Counted from the first letter of the stretch, positions 1 to 14,131 are shown. The stretch is 64,000 nt of DNA from Macrostomum lignano (GCA_002269645.1 NIVC01000800.1:254710-318709); one strand, 5' to 3'. Numbers and translations: made by a program. The notes: generated from the letters alone by a model not told the origin.

Positions 1-792
1 AGTCACCATAGACAATCCGGAGGTCAGGACAAGCCTTGGCCAAGCTTCAACCATAGACAGTTTTTACAATAAGCAGGAAAGTCAGGGTGCTGCCATGAAT
101 TAGTCTATGGCCAATAGTCTCAGAAATATAAATACATATTTGCATTGGTAACTCAGACCTTCGCTGTATGGTGTTGACGCATTTTTAGTTTATGGTGCCT
201 ATCAGCCTGTGTGTTGGATACACTTTGACCTCGCTCACTTAGCCTAAAACTGTCTAAGTCTTCAGGCAATTACGAGCTACAAGCTTAATATGGTAAGTTA
301 AACTAAATTTACAATGCCAATAAAGGCTGAGAGTTTTCGTTTTATTTATGTGAAATTGCGCCCGCAACCTTGCCCCAGGAGGCAAGTTAGTTTGCCGGTA
401 AAAAAGCAAAATTTTGTGTCAGATATATAATTGCTGAGTTGCTGGGACGCGGCGGCGCTTCTGCAATAGTGAGTAAAAGGAGAGGCTGGGGTAGCAGCTA
501 CTGACACCAATGGGGAGCCTTGGCTTTGGCCCAGTCGTCCAATTTGTGTGTCAGCCACCCCTCAGCCCACTTAGCATGCGCCGCGACGGGCATCTCTTCT
601 GCAAAAGAAGTTGAGCTGCCCTGAGTAGCACTCTGAGCACACTGGCTTCACTCACACTGCCCTCATTGCCATTCTGAGTCCATGCCCGGCTTGCTCATAT
701 CTTATCCTTTCAGATTAATTGAAATCCTTGGTTCTTCCACCCCCATTTAGACAGACTTTGTTAAAAGGGTAAGTGCTGTGCTGCTTTGCGTG

Positions 793-1379
<587 letters not shown>

Positions 1380-1780
1380 CCAGCCAGCTGCTCTCCAGCA
1401 GGCCACTTAGCGAATCAATACCCAGGCAGTGGCTCATTGAACCCAGGCAGCCAATGAAGCCGCGGCTTAACGCTTGAAGGCCCGGCCAAGGGTCTGGGGT
1501 GGTGAAGCCCTGGCTGGCCAGGGGGGAGCGGAAGGCGCTCTCTCATATGAGGCCGCTCTCTGCCCGCCTTAGCCCGTAATTACGCGGCTTCCCAAGTGTA
1601 ATTCTCCCTCACCGCAACTCCAGTAGGACTGTCGGCTTGTTGAAGCGCCCGCGCGATAATCCGGAGCACTTCGAGCAGAGAGTGACTTCGGGCTTTGATT
1701 TTTCTAACTTCATTTTTTCCAAACCGCCTGTGCAGCAGCGGAGAGCTCTGAGGTCCGGCAGCCGCTCAGCAGCCACCAAG

Positions 1781-2098
1781 ATGGAGCAGCAGCAGCAGCT
1801 AAAGATGAAAATCAAGAGGCGCTCAAGAAGCTCCTGTGAGGTGCTCAACGACGGCGATGTCGCTGCTAAGGAAGAATTCTCGCCGACAGCATCGTCTGAG
1901 GAAGCTGGAACAGATGCTTCATCTACCTGCAGTTCAGAGGCGGTCTCGACCTCCGCGCTGAAGGAGAACTCGGACGAGACCTCCAACGGGCCAACCACTT
2001 CATCTTCAGCCTCCTCGAGTTCTTCATCATCCACCAGCTTAGGCAGGCTGGAGAGGCCAACGTCTGCGGGGAAGAAATTGCCCCGAGCAGTGGCTGAG
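1781..2098 (+). CDS. ZNF608: ZNF608/ZNF609/brakeless-like paralog 1, first identifiable coding exon
   Basis: ATG in gccaccaagATGg. Encodes MEQQQQLKMKIKRR..., matching the LKMKIKR motif also in paralog 2 (GLVLKMKIKRK). Ends at GAG|gtgagc, phase 0. An upstream exon cannot be excluded. Confidence 0.7.
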
Positions 2099-2207
2099 GT
2101 GAGCAACTGCCGCGCCGATCGCTTGACTAAAGTTTTCCGTGTTATCTAGGAATTGCTGCTTTGAATACAAATGCAAAAGGGACTGCGAGGGGACAAATGG
2201 TTCAATA

Positions 2208-2457
2208 GGGGAGAGAAAAGAGGAGTGAGGGAGAAGGGAGAGAGGAGAGGGGAGAAGGGAGAGAGGAGAGGGGAGAAGGGAGAGAGGAGAGGGGAGAAGG
2301 GAGAGAGGAGAGGGGAGAAGGGAGAGAGGAGAGGGGAGAAGGGAGAGAGGAGAGGGGAGAAGGGAGAGAGGAGAGGGGAGAGGGGAGAAGGGAGAGAGGA
2401 GAAGGGAGAGAGGAGAAGGGAGAGAGGAGAGGGGAGAGGGGAGAAGGGAGAGAGGAG
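2208..2457. repeat. 21-bp purine minisatellite (gggagagaggagaggggagaa), gene 1 intron 1
   Basis: Direct reading. Confidence 0.95.
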
Positions 2458-3038
2458 TGGGGAGGTGCAGTTAGGCGATGGGGTGCTCAAAGGGCCATCA
2501 AAAAGCTCCCCTCCCTGGATTTGGGATTTTAGCACCAAGGGGGATTGTGTCAGGATTCATGGGACGGCTGAGGCTCTGGGGCGGGGCGGATTTTTAGGGA
2601 GCAACTCTCCCGCTCAGCTGCTGCTTAACCCTCCCCATCGCCTTCCTCAGACACGGGCCTCAACTCGTCTCGCCCCAGCATCCTGAAGCCGCCTCATCTC
2701 TCTTCCTCTCTCTTCCCCTCCCCCTGGCAGCCGTGGGCGCTCTCACTCCACCAGCTCAGCCCAGCAGCCTCACACGAGCCGCCCAGCCTCAGCCATGCCA
2801 ACGCCAGGAGCCGCGGTTCCCAAGGGGCGACTCGGCACTGCCCGATTTCTTGCCCTTCTCTCCCCCCGCTCTGATCCCCCAGTCAGCTGGGTGTGTGCGC
2901 GAGTGTGTGAGTGCTGCTTCCCCAAATGGGATCCCGATTCTCTCTCTCATCCCCCCTATAAGCCACTCGTCTGTCTTCGGCAAACCCCCTGAGCAGTAGC
3001 GGAATTATTCTTGTGAGAGCTGCTTGAGGAGCTGGCCA

Positions 3039-3079
3039 GTGTGTGTGTGTGTGTGTGCGTGTGTGTGTGTGCGTGTGTG

Positions 3080-3123
<44 letters not shown>
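3039..3123. repeat. (GT)n microsatellite
   Basis: Direct reading. Confidence 0.97.
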
Positions 3124-3124
<1 letters not shown>

Positions 3125-3213
3125 CCGGGCGATTTCAATTTCTTGTCGCCAATAGACGTGTCAATTGGGCATCAACACCCTCCTCACCCGCCCGTCCTGC
3201 TCCTGACTGAATA

Positions 3214-3891
3214 GGGTGACTGAGTGATTGGGTGACTGAATGATTGGGTGACTGAGTGATTGGGTGACTGAGTGATTGGGTGACTGAGTGATTGGGTGAC
3301 TGAATGATTGGGTGACTGAGTGATTGGGTGACTGAGTGATTGGGTGACTGAATGATTGGGTGACTGAGTGATTGGGTGACTGAGTGATTGGGTGACTGAA
3401 TGATTGGGTGACTGAGTGATTGGGTGACTGAGTGATTGGGTGACTGAGTGACCGGGTGACTGAGTGACTGGGTGACTGAGTGACTGGGTGAGTGATCGGG
3501 TGACCGAGTGACTGAGTGACTGGGTGACTGAGTGACTGGGTGAGTGATCGGGTGACCGAGTGACTGAGTGACTGAGTGACTGAGTGACTGGGTGAGTGAG
3601 TGACTGAGTGACTGAGTGACTGGGTGAGTGAGTGACTGAGTGACTGAGTGACTGAGTGACTGAGTGAGTGAGTGAGTGAGTGACTGAGTGACTGAGTGAC
3701 TGAGTGACTGAGTGACTGAGTGACTGAGTGACTGAGTGACTGAGTGACTGAGTGACTGAGTGACTGATCGGGTTACTGAGTGACTGATCGAGTGACGAGT
3801 GACTGAGTGATTGAGTGACTGAGTGACTAAGTGACTGAGTGACTGAGTGACTGAGTGACTGAGTGACTGAGTGACTGAGTGACTGAGTGAC
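3214..3891. repeat. gtgactgagtgattgg 16-mer grading into (gactgagt)n 8-mer
   Basis: Direct reading. Confidence 0.95.
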
Positions 3892-4462
3892 CCAGAGCAG
3901 GCAGTTGCCGAAGCCCCATTATGCAATTTGGAAGGGTTCATTGATGCCTGATGATATTGAAATCCAGCTCGGGGTTCGAGAGGCACTCTGGAGTGTGCTC
4001 ATGCTGTTTTGCCGGCAGCTGTTTGCGGGGAATTTGCCGCCTGTGTCTGCTTGCCAGCATATTTAATCCGCCGCCCTTTTCTCTCCTTCTCCTCTCTTCT
4101 TCCTCTGCTCTTGCCTTCTTCTAGTAGCAGCAGCAGCAGAGCCAGCAAATCATTCTTTGCGGAAGTTGTCAGAGCCGTGGCTCCCGCTGTGTGAGAGCGG
4201 GTGGGACAGGGGGGGGGGCTGCGGCCCGGGCCATTGGCCTCTGCGGCCTTCTGGATTGTTCCAGTTCCTGCTGCTGCTAGTAGCAACTCAGCTATTGAGG
4301 CTTTATCTCTAGCCTCCTTATATCCCCTCTGCGTCCGCTTGCCTCCACGGAATTTTATTTATCCCATTGGCTCACATTAACTCAAGACTTCCCTGTCTTC
4401 TGCCACATATCGGAAGCCATATTTATTGGGGTTTCTCTCGGTTTAAAAATATTGCTCGGCAT

Positions 4463-4810
<348 letters not shown>

Positions 4811-5035
4811 AATCGGGGTCAGACAAAAAACAGACTGACAGCGCGGGCTCCGTACTGAATTATGCATACGGCCTGTTTTTATTAGCCCCGCTGTTGAGCT
4901 CACGCGCTCAGCGCAGCACTGCGGGGGCCGTGACAGCTGCTCATTCTCAATTTGCGGCAGTTGCGGCGTCTGCTCCTTCATGCGCTGTGCTAAGCATTCA
5001 CCTCCCGGCTTGCATATTAGCGGGAAATACACAGA

Positions 5036-5583
5036 GAGATGGGGCGACAGGGAGACAGGGAGATGGGAAGACAGGGAGATGGGGAGACAGGGAGATGGGG
5101 AGACAGGGAGATGGGGAGACAGGGAGATGGGGAGACAGGGAGATGGGGAGACAGGGAGATGGGGAGACAGGGAGATGGGGAGACAGGGAGATGGGGAGAC
5201 AGGGAGATGGGGAGACAGAGAGATGGGGAGACAGGGAGATGGGGAGACAGGGAGATGGGGAGACAGGGAGATGGGGAGACAGGGAGATGGGGAGACAGGG
5301 AGATGGGGAGACAGGGAGATGGGGAGACAGGGAGATGGGGAAACAGGGAGATGGGGAGACAGGGAGATGGGGAGACAGAGAGATGGGGAGACAGGGAGAT
5401 GGGGAGACATGGAGATGGGGAGACAGGGAGATGGGAAGACAGGGAGATGGGGAGACAGGGAGATGGGGAGACAGGGAGATGGGGAGACAGGGAGATGGGG
5501 AGACAGGGAGATGGGGAGACAGGGAGATGGGGAGACAGGGAGATGGGGATACAGGGAGATGGGGAGACAGAGAGATGGGGAGA
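5036..5583. repeat. 16-bp minisatellite agggagatggggagac
   Basis: Direct reading; G-run rich. Confidence 0.97.
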
Positions 5584-5830
5584 CGAGGGAGCCTGGGAGG
5601 CAGAAGCCATTCGTTCCGCCTCACAGCTCCCGTGCCCTCCAAAAATTGGAAAAGCAGCTAGCTGGCTTTGTTCCAGAAACGTTTTTCACTGATTTTTTCT
5701 GTCAAAGCAAAAAACAAAAACAGCGGATGCCATTGTTCTCCCAGCTTCAATTGCTTCGGTTGAAAATGAAACACTGAAGCGATCTCGTGGCTTCATGCTC
5801 CAGCTCCAACAGATCCAACCCGCATTGCAG

Positions 5831-5975
5831 GCCTCGTCCACCAAGAAGCTGAAGAAGGACTCCGCGGTGAACACGCAGTCAAAGGGCACCGCTACGGAGC
5901 CAGAGTGCTTGGGGCCCTGCGAACCGGGCACCAATATCAGCCTGGACGGCATCGTGTGGTTGGAGACGAACTCGG
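5831..5975 (+). CDS. ZNF608: ZNF608/609-like paralog 1, exon 2 (first half of conserved domain)
   Basis: Acceptor ttgcag| (alternative in-frame acceptor at 5813). Encodes ...[31 protein letters not shown], the family motif [18 protein letters not shown]. Donor G|gtgagc, phase 1. Confidence 0.88.
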
Positions 5976-5988
5976 GTGAGCCTTGTGG

Positions 5989-6709
5989 GGGTCATGAACT
6001 CGGGTGAGTGAGTCTCATGGGGGTCATGAACTCGGGTGAGTCTCATGGGGGGGGGTCATGAACTCGGGTGAGTGAGTCTCATGGGGGGGGTCATGAACTC
6101 GGGTGAGTGAGTCTCATGGGGGTCATGAACTCGGGTGAGTGAGTCTCATGGGGGTCATGAACTCGGGTGAGTGAGTTTCATGGGGGTCATGAACTCGGGT
6201 GAGTCTCATGGGGGGGTTCATGAACTCGGGTGAGTGAGTCTCATGGGGGTCATAAACTCGGGTGAGTGAGTCTCATGGGGGTCATGAACTCGGGTGAGTG
6301 AGTCTCATGGGGGTCATGAACTCGGGTGAGTCTCATGGGGGGGGGGGGGGGTTCATGAACTCGGGTGAGTGAGTCTCATGGGGGTCATGAACTCGGGTGA
6401 GTCTCATGGGGGGGGGGTTCATGAACTCGGGTGAGTGAGTCTCATGGGGGTCATGAACTCGGGTGAGTCTCATGGGGGGGGGTTCATGAACTCGGGTGAG
6501 TCTCATGGGGGTCATGAACTCGGGTGAGTCTCATGGGGGGGGGGTCATGAACTCGGGTGTTAGTCTCATGGGGGTCATGAACTTGGGTGAGTCTCATGGG
6601 GGGTCATGAACTCGGGTGAGTCTCATGGGGGGGGTCATGAACTCGGGTGAGTCTCATGGGGGGGGGTCATGAACTCGGGTGAGTCTCATGGGGGGGGTCA
6701 TGAACTCGG
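5989..6709. repeat. ~28-35-bp minisatellite containing the exon-2 donor (gaactcgg|gtgag)
   Basis: More than 20 units of catgaactcgggtgag(tgag)tctcatg(g)n, starting immediately after the real donor. Confidence 0.97.
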
Positions 6710-7398
6710 CCATTAGGTTCCATAAGCCCACAGCTGCAGGTCATAAGCTAAGGAGCTGTTAACAAAATGACACTTTTTAATCCTCTGCAATTGAATCCCT
6801 CTAATGGCAGCTGGCGACAGCAGGCCAAAAAAACCAGCGACCATTTGTGCCCAAAACTTGGGTGACTGCATGGCGAATTCCGATCCCCAACCCCTGATCC
6901 CCAGCTGCCTTCCCCGCTCCCCATCCCCCAGTCTGGCCGCCCGGACCCTTGTCGCTTTGGCTTTATCAACTTAGACCCTGGCAGCGCCGCCTGCCTGGGT
7001 AAATCGGGTTTTCCATCCGCCCAGATTCTCGGCTTCATCGCCTTCTACTTCTCCTTCGGCTTTGCTAAACCCACGCGCCCAGGGGGTAGCGATGTAGCAG
7101 GACCTGGGGGCGCGGAGGCTGGGGATGGGGAGGCGGCAGTTCGGGGCGTGTGGGATCGGGATGCTGCACTGCGGAATGAGGAGGAGCGGCCGGGGGCTCG
7201 CCCGAGCCGGCTTATCTTGATTGATTTCCTAATATCCATTCGGCCATCCTCGGACAGACCTGTCTCTCCTGTGTGCCCTGTCCGCCTGTTTGGCCTGGCC
7301 CGCCCTGCCCCCACACTTGCTTGTATCTTAGCAGCACTCGCTCCTGAATGGTGGCCACATACTTGAATAAATTGAAGCTTGTGTTAGGGTGTAAAAGG

Positions 7399-7677
<279 letters not shown>

Positions 7678-8137
7678 TCAAGGCACACTGAGCTCGGCAA
7701 CCCGGAATCCCAATCAAAGCCCCCCCGCCACTGCTCAAGTGTGGGGAAGTTCGTGACTGTTGCATTTCTGTAGGCCGTGCGCCCCCCTCTCCTCGACCCC
7801 TAAGCCCGGCCGAGCTATGCCCGAGTTGCTTGCACCTTCGACCATCAATTTCCCTTTACCCCTATATCCTTCTCATTTTTCTAGAGAGAAAGAGAGAATA
7901 CTCTTTAATGTGACAGGGGGCGGATGGAGCGCCTCCTGCTCGGCTCCCCACCTACTCCTCAGCTTCCTCTTTCCATCCTGTCTATTACGCATGCCATCTT
8001 CTTCTTTTGCCTGCTAATAATATTTACTTTCAAAAGGAATTGGAATTTGGGGAGAAGGTGAGAAAATCGGAAGTGGAGAGAAAAAGGTACATGTGAATGG
8101 GTGAGAGAGAGTGGGTGAGACCGGGGGAGGGGAGAAG

Positions 8138-8778
8138 AGAGATAAGGGAGAGAGGAGAGATAAGGGAGAGGGGAGATAAGGGAGAGAGGGGAGATAGCGG
8201 AGAGGGGAGATAAGGGAGAGGGGAGATAAGGGAGATAAGGGAGAGGGGAGATAAGGGAGAGGAGAGATAAGAGAGAGGGGAGATAAGGGAGAGGGGAGAT
8301 AAGGGAGAGGGGAGATAAGGGAGAGGGGAGATAAGGGAGAGGGGAGATAAGGGAGAGGGGAGATAAGGGAGAGGGGAGATAAGGGAGAGGGTAGATAAGG
8401 AAGAGGGAAGATAAGGGAGATAAGGGAGAGGGGAGATAAGGGAGAGGGGAGATAAGGGAGAGGGTAGATAAGGAAGAGGGAAGATAAGGGAGATAAGGGA
8501 GAGGGGAGATAAGGGAGAGGGGAGATAAGGGAGATAAGGGAGAGGGGAGATAAGGGAGAGGAGAGATAAGAGAGAGGGGAGATAAGGGAGAGGGGAGATA
8601 AGAGAGAGGGGAGATAAGGGAGAGGGGAGATAAGGGAGAGGGGAGATAAGGGAGAGGGGAGATAAGGGAGAGGGTAGATAAGGAAGAGGGAAGATAAGGG
8701 AGATAAGGGAGAGGGGAGATAAGGGAGAGGGGAGATAAGGGAGAGGGGAGATAAGGGAGAGGGGAGATAAGGGAGAGA
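8138..8778. repeat. ~16-bp purine minisatellite ggagataagggagagg
   Basis: Direct reading. Confidence 0.95.
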
Positions 8779-9214
8779 AGGGTGGGTAAGCGGTTAGGGA
8801 GAGAAGAAGAGAAGGAGAGCCAGCCAGTCAGACTGCTCAGTGCTCAGTCAGAACCGCAAGGATGCGGGGCAGAGGCAGGCTGGGAGCCGCCTTAATCAGG
8901 CACATAAGTGCCGAATGCTCCGAGCGCCGAACTCTAGGCCGATTCACCGGGAGGCACCGCGGCTCAGCTCGTTAATTATCCCCACTCCTCCCCATTCACT
9001 GCGCCCTTCCCATCCCGCCCGAACTATTTTGGCATCCATGCCGGCCAGTGCTCACACTGGGTCCCTGGGGCAGTTTATCTCCCTCCCATCTCTCTCTTCC
9101 CCAGCCAGTCTCCCCGCCTACATCTTCTGCCTTCTACTGCTTGCCAGCGATTCTGCAGCTGCATGGGCAATGCTGGCTTTCCTGCAACCACCAGCTCTCA
9201 GTGACTGCGGTTCA

Positions 9215-9728
9215 TTGACCCATTGACCCACTGACCCACTGATCCCCTGACCCACTGATCCCCTGACCCACTGATCCCCTGACCCACTGATCCCCTGACC
9301 CACTGATCCCCTGACCCACTGATCCCCTGACCCACTGATCCCCTGACCCACTGATCCCCTGACCCACTGATCCCCTGACCCACTGATCCCCTGACCCACT
9401 GATCCCCTGACCCACTGATCCCCTGACCCACTGATCCCCTAACCCACTGATCCCCTGACCCACTGATCCCCTGACCCACTGATCCCCGGACCCACTGATC
9501 CCCTGACCCACTGATCCCCTGACCCACTGATCCCCTGACCTACTGCTTATCTGACCCACTGATCATCTGACCCCCTGATCCTCCCCCGACCCAATAATCC
9601 TCTGGCTCACTTATCCTCTGACTCACTGATCCCCTAACCCACTGATCCCCTGACCCACTGATCTTCTGACCCACTGATCCCCTGACCCACTGATCCCCTG
9701 ACCCACTGATCCCCTGACCCACTGATCC
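9215..9728. repeat. 16-bp minisatellite tgatcccctgacccac
   Basis: ~30 copies ending ~30 nt before the 9758 acceptor. Confidence 0.97.
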
Positions 9729-9758
9729 CAAAAGTCACTGAGCTCGCGAACCCCGCAG

Positions 9759-10750
9759 GCATGCTGGTGGTCAACGTGACCTGGCGCGGCCGCACCTACG
9801 TTGGCACCCTGCTGGACTCGTCTCAGCACGACTTCGCCGCTCCGCCTCCGGCGGCTTCATCATCGGGTTCCGCCGCTGACGTCGCAGTAGACAGCGGCGG
9901 CGGTGGCAGCGACGGCGGCGGCAATAGCACCGAGGAATCTGGCTGCTCGAGCGCCAGCCGACGCAAAAGGCGAGCGGTGTCCTCCGGCGGCGGCAGCGGC
10001 GCCAAAAAGCAGAAAAGTCGGCCGCCGCAGGTCGGCCAGCAGCAGCAGAAGCGGCAGCCGGGAAGAGCCGGCGGGGACCCGCTGCCGGTCTGCTGCCCGC
10101 ATCCCGACTGCTCGAAGCGCTTCGTCAGCATTCTGGCCATGAAGTGGCATCACAACGACTGCCACACTCGCCGGACGGAGCCGCCGCCCCCTCCGCCGCC
10201 CCCTCCGCCGCCCCCGCTGCCGCCCCTCCGCCGCCAGTGTTCAAAGTGCCGGAGCAGTGGAGGCCGGCCGTCTCGGTTTCTAAGAAATCCAAGCCGCAGC
10301 GGCATCAGTCCAGCTCACCGGCGGCTGCTGCTGCTGATGCAAAAGAGAGTCAGCTTCATCCGCAGCCTCCGCAGCCTCCAGCATCTAGTTCTCCGTCGTC
10401 TGTATCGCCAGCTGCCTCGCCGAAGCAGCAGCAACCGCCGCCGCCACCGCCGCCGCCGCTTCAACCGCCGGAGGAGGTTGTGACGTCATCCGATATGCCC
10501 CATCCGGCCCCTCCGTTGGCGGCTATGACTCAGCGGCATTCGCATCCGCTTCATCAACTCGGCCAGCTTCCGCCGCAGCAGCCGCATCCGCTTGCCAGAT
10601 GGCCGCACTCGTTCGGCGCGGCGACAGACGATCAGCAGAAGCTGCAGTTCGAGCTGGAGCAGCTCCGCCTCATGGAGGCCGCCGCCGCCGCGTTCGCCGC
10701 CTTTCCTGGCCACCTGCCGGCCTTCCTCAGAGACCCCTTCGCATTTCCCT
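9759..10750 (+). CDS. ZNF608: ZNF608/609-like paralog 1, exon 3 (VVNVTWR motif, C2H2 finger); one apparent 1-nt deletion
   Basis: ccccgcag|gc completes Gly in phase 1. Then [19 protein letters not shown] and the finger CPHPDCSKRFVSILAMKWHHNDCH. Frame shifts near 10223-10226 into the frame with VFKVP (also in paralog 2). Donor t|gtgagt at 10751. Exon length 992 is one base short of frame. Confidence 0.85.
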
Positions 10751-10802
10751 GTGAGTCTGCGGCCACTCCAGTCTGCGTCCCCCGTCTGTGTCCCTGACGG
10801 AC

Positions 10803-11830
10803 CTCTCTTCTCTCTCTCCTCTACTCTCCTCTCTCTTCTCTCTCCTCTCTCCTCTACTCTCCTCTCTCCTCTCTCCTCTCTCCTCTACTCTCCTCTCTCT
10901 TCTCTCTTCTCTCCTCTACTCTCCTCTCTCTTCTCTATTTTCTCTTCTCTCTCCTCTCTCTTCTCTCTTCTATCTTCTCTCTCCTCTCTTCTCTATTCTC
11001 TCTTCTCTCTCTTCTCTATTCTCTCTTCTCTCTCTTCTCTCTTCTCTCTTCTCTCTTCTCTCTTCTCTCTTCTCTCTTCTCCCCTCTTGTCTCTCTTCTC
11101 TCTCGTCTCTCTTCTCCTCTCACGACTTTCATATCTCCTCTCTCTTCACTCCTCTCTCTTCTCTCTTCTCTCTTCTCTCTCCTCTATCGTCTCGCTTCTT
11201 TCCTCTCTCGTCTTTCGTATCTCCTCTCTCTTCACTCCTCTCCTCTCTCTCTTCACTCCTCTCCTCTCTCTCTTCACTCCTCTCTCGTCTCTCTCCTCTA
11301 CTCTCCTCTTTCTCTTTCTCCTCTCTCCTCTACTATACTCTCCTCTCTCTCCTCTCTCCTCTCTCTTCTCTCTTCTCTTTTCTCTCTCCTCTCTCTTCTC
11401 TCTTCTATCTTCTCTCTCCTCTCTTCTCTCTTCTCTCTTCTCTCTCTTCTCTATTCTCTCTTCTCTCTCTTCTCTCTTCTCTCTTCTCTCTTCTCTCTTC
11501 TCTCTCGTCTCTCTTCTCCCCTCTTGTCTCTCTTCTCCTCTCACGACTTTCATATCTCCTCTCTCTTCACTCCTCTCCTCTCTCTCTTCACCCCTCTCTC
11601 CTCTCTCTCCTCTACTCTCCTCTTTCTCTTTCTCCTCTCTCCTCTACTATACTCTCCTCTCACTCCTCTCTCCTCTCTTCTCTACTCTACTCTCCTCTCT
11701 CTTCTCTCTTCTCTCTCCTCCCTCATCTCTCTTCTCTCCTCTCTCGTCTTTCGTATCTCCCCTCTCTTCACTCCTCTCCTCTCTCTTCACTCCTCTCTCC
11801 TCTCTCCTCTCTCATCACTTCACTCTTCTA
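10803..11830. repeat. Degenerate CT-rich pyrimidine array
   Basis: Direct reading. Confidence 0.93.
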
Positions 11831-11838
11831 TCTGCCAG

Positions 11839-11972
11839 TCTGTCTCCCCACGCCGCCTGTCTCTGCGCCGGGCATCATTAAGCTTCGCGGCGCGAACGCC
11901 AACACAGCAATTCGCCTCTGGGGTATTCCGCTTCCCTTAGCTATAGATTTTCCCCAAACCTCCCCGATATAA
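11839..11972 (+). CDS. Possible terminal exon of paralog 1
   Basis: ctgccag|tc is phase-compatible with the 10751 donor and reads FCLPTPPVSAPGII...SPI*. No homology support. Confidence 0.25.
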
Positions 11973-12446
11973 AAGCCGTTACATCCCCCTCCCCCGCTGC
12001 GTGGCGAAGTTAACCGCCGGGCCTCCTGCTGTGTTGGGACCCTCCCGCCGCTACCGCAGCCAGTCGCCTCCCCACACCAGAACTGTTTATTGAACTTTGC
12101 ACTGCCCAGCCTCCATCCAGTCCGTTTGCCCAGTGCAATCCTGGGATTCTGCCGCCCCAGATGGCTGACCTCAACTGTGCGGCAGTCCCGCTCCGGGGTG
12201 GGCCGCCTGCATATGCAGGGAACACAATCTCAAGTGTTCGCTTAATTATAGGGATGCTTTAGGATCTCGATGCTTAAAGCTGTGTTGTTCCCAAGCCACA
12301 CTTGAACACTCCCGCTTCCATTCAAGCATTTCCTGATTTTCCTGTTGCAGCCGCTGCCGCCTTTCCGCCGATGCCCAAGTGAAAGTTCTGCGGCGCCTTG
12401 GACACTGCGGACTCTGAACCTGCCGCTCTGCGGACCTGCCACTTGC

Positions 12447-13285
12447 TCGCCCTCTGCCTCTCCCTCTGCCTCTCCCTCTGCCTCTCCCTCTGCCTCTCCC
12501 TCTGCCCTCGCCCTCTGCCTCTCCCTCTGCCCTCGCCCTCTGCCCTCGCCCTCTGCCTCTCCCTCTGCCCTCGCCCTCTGCCTCTCCCTCTGCCTCTCCC
12601 TCTGCCTCTCCCTCTGCCTCTCCCTCTGCCTCTCCCCCTGCCCTCGCCCTCTGCCTCTCCCTCTGCCCTCGCCCTCTGCCTCTCCCTCTGCCCTCGCCCT
12701 CTGCCTCTCCCTCTGCCCTCGCCCTCTGCCTCTTCCTCTGCCCTCGCCCTCTGCCCTCGCCCTCTGCCTCTCCCTCTGCCTCTCCCTCTGCCCTCGCCCT
12801 CTGCCTCTCCCTCTGCCCTCGCCCTCTGCCTCTCCCTCTGCCTCTCCCTCTGCCTCTCCCTCTGCCCTCGCCCTCTGCCTCTCCCTCTGCCCTCGCCCTC
12901 TGCCTCTCCCTCTGCCTCTCCCTCTGCCTCTCCCTCTGCCCTCGCCCTCTGCCTCTCCCTCTGCCTCGCCCTCTGCCTCTCCCTCTGCCCTCGCCCTCTG
13001 CCCTCGCCCTCTGCCTCTCCCTCTGCCTCTCCCTCTGCCCTCGCCCTCTGCCTCTCCCTCTGCCTCTCCCTCTGCCTCTCCCTCTGCCTCTCCCTCTGCC
13101 TCTCCCTCTGCCTCTCCCTCTGCCTCTCCCTGTGCCCTCGCCCTCTGCCTCTCCCTCTGCCTCTCCCTCTGCCTCTCCCTCTGCCTCTCCCTCTGCCTTC
13201 GCCCTCTGCCTCTCCCTCTGCCCTCGCCCTCTGCCTCTCCCTCTGCCCTCGCCCTCTACCTCTCCCTCTGCCTCTCCCTCTGCCT
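12447..13285. repeat. 12/13-bp pyrimidine minisatellite ctctgcctctcc / ctctgccctcgcc
   Basis: Direct reading. Confidence 0.96.
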
Positions 13286-14018
13286 TCCCACTGTCAGCCT
13301 CTCCTCTCCATCTTCCTCATTGTCCACGCCCCTCTCCCCTCCCAGATCCCTCCCTCTCACTTCCGAGTTGCATTGCGCGGTTATCATAACAGAAATCTAA
13401 TATTTTTGTTTATCTTTGGCACAAAATAATTCGATCCAAATTATTAATACGCTCCTATATCCGACTGCGCAACTCTCAACTGTACCTGCAGGCCTGTCAG
13501 TACAACAGAATTGTTTGCAAATCTCCCTGAACCTCCTTCAAGGCTTGGCACCGATCCAATGCTTCGAAAATTATTCGTCAGATAGCTTTTTAATTGCTTT
13601 TTACCACGAAGTCTTTGAGGCGAAACGCTTGTGGCTGACCTAGAAACTCGTTGCTTGCAAGCAGACAATTATAGGCTTGTCTTTTTGCTTTAGATTGACA
13701 AAACCTATTTATGCTACTGTATTAATTAGTTAGCAAAATTTCCCGTGTTGTTGCTTCAAGCATTCTTGATTTGCTTTTTTGTGCTTCTTTTGTGCTTTTT
13801 ATTCTGCTTTCACATCATTAGTTGCGTAGTGTTGCAGTCAGTTATAGTCAGAGTTCACATATTCAACTGTTCTGATTTCAATTTGTTTATATTTATCGGC
13901 ATCAATAAATCTGACACTTTAGTCGCACTGCCTCTTATGTCACATATTTTCCTGTTATGTCAACACCAAAGGTTTTTTCGCTTGAAACCTATCGATCCTT
14001 CGCCTTCACAGATGCATC

Positions 14019-14131
14019 CCGGAACCCACAAAACTTCATCCGTGGAACCAACAAAACTCCACTCTGGAACCCACAAAACTCCATCCGAGGAACCCACAAA
14101 ACTCCACTCCGGAACCCACAAAACTCCATCC
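14019..14131. repeat. Short ~22-bp repeat x5 (ggaacccacaaaactccatcc)
   Basis: Direct reading. Confidence 0.85.

Noticed and set aside
1456-1591. Possible MITE with gaagccgcg / cgcggcttc ends
   Set aside because: Only 9 bp of inverted match and no convincing TSD.
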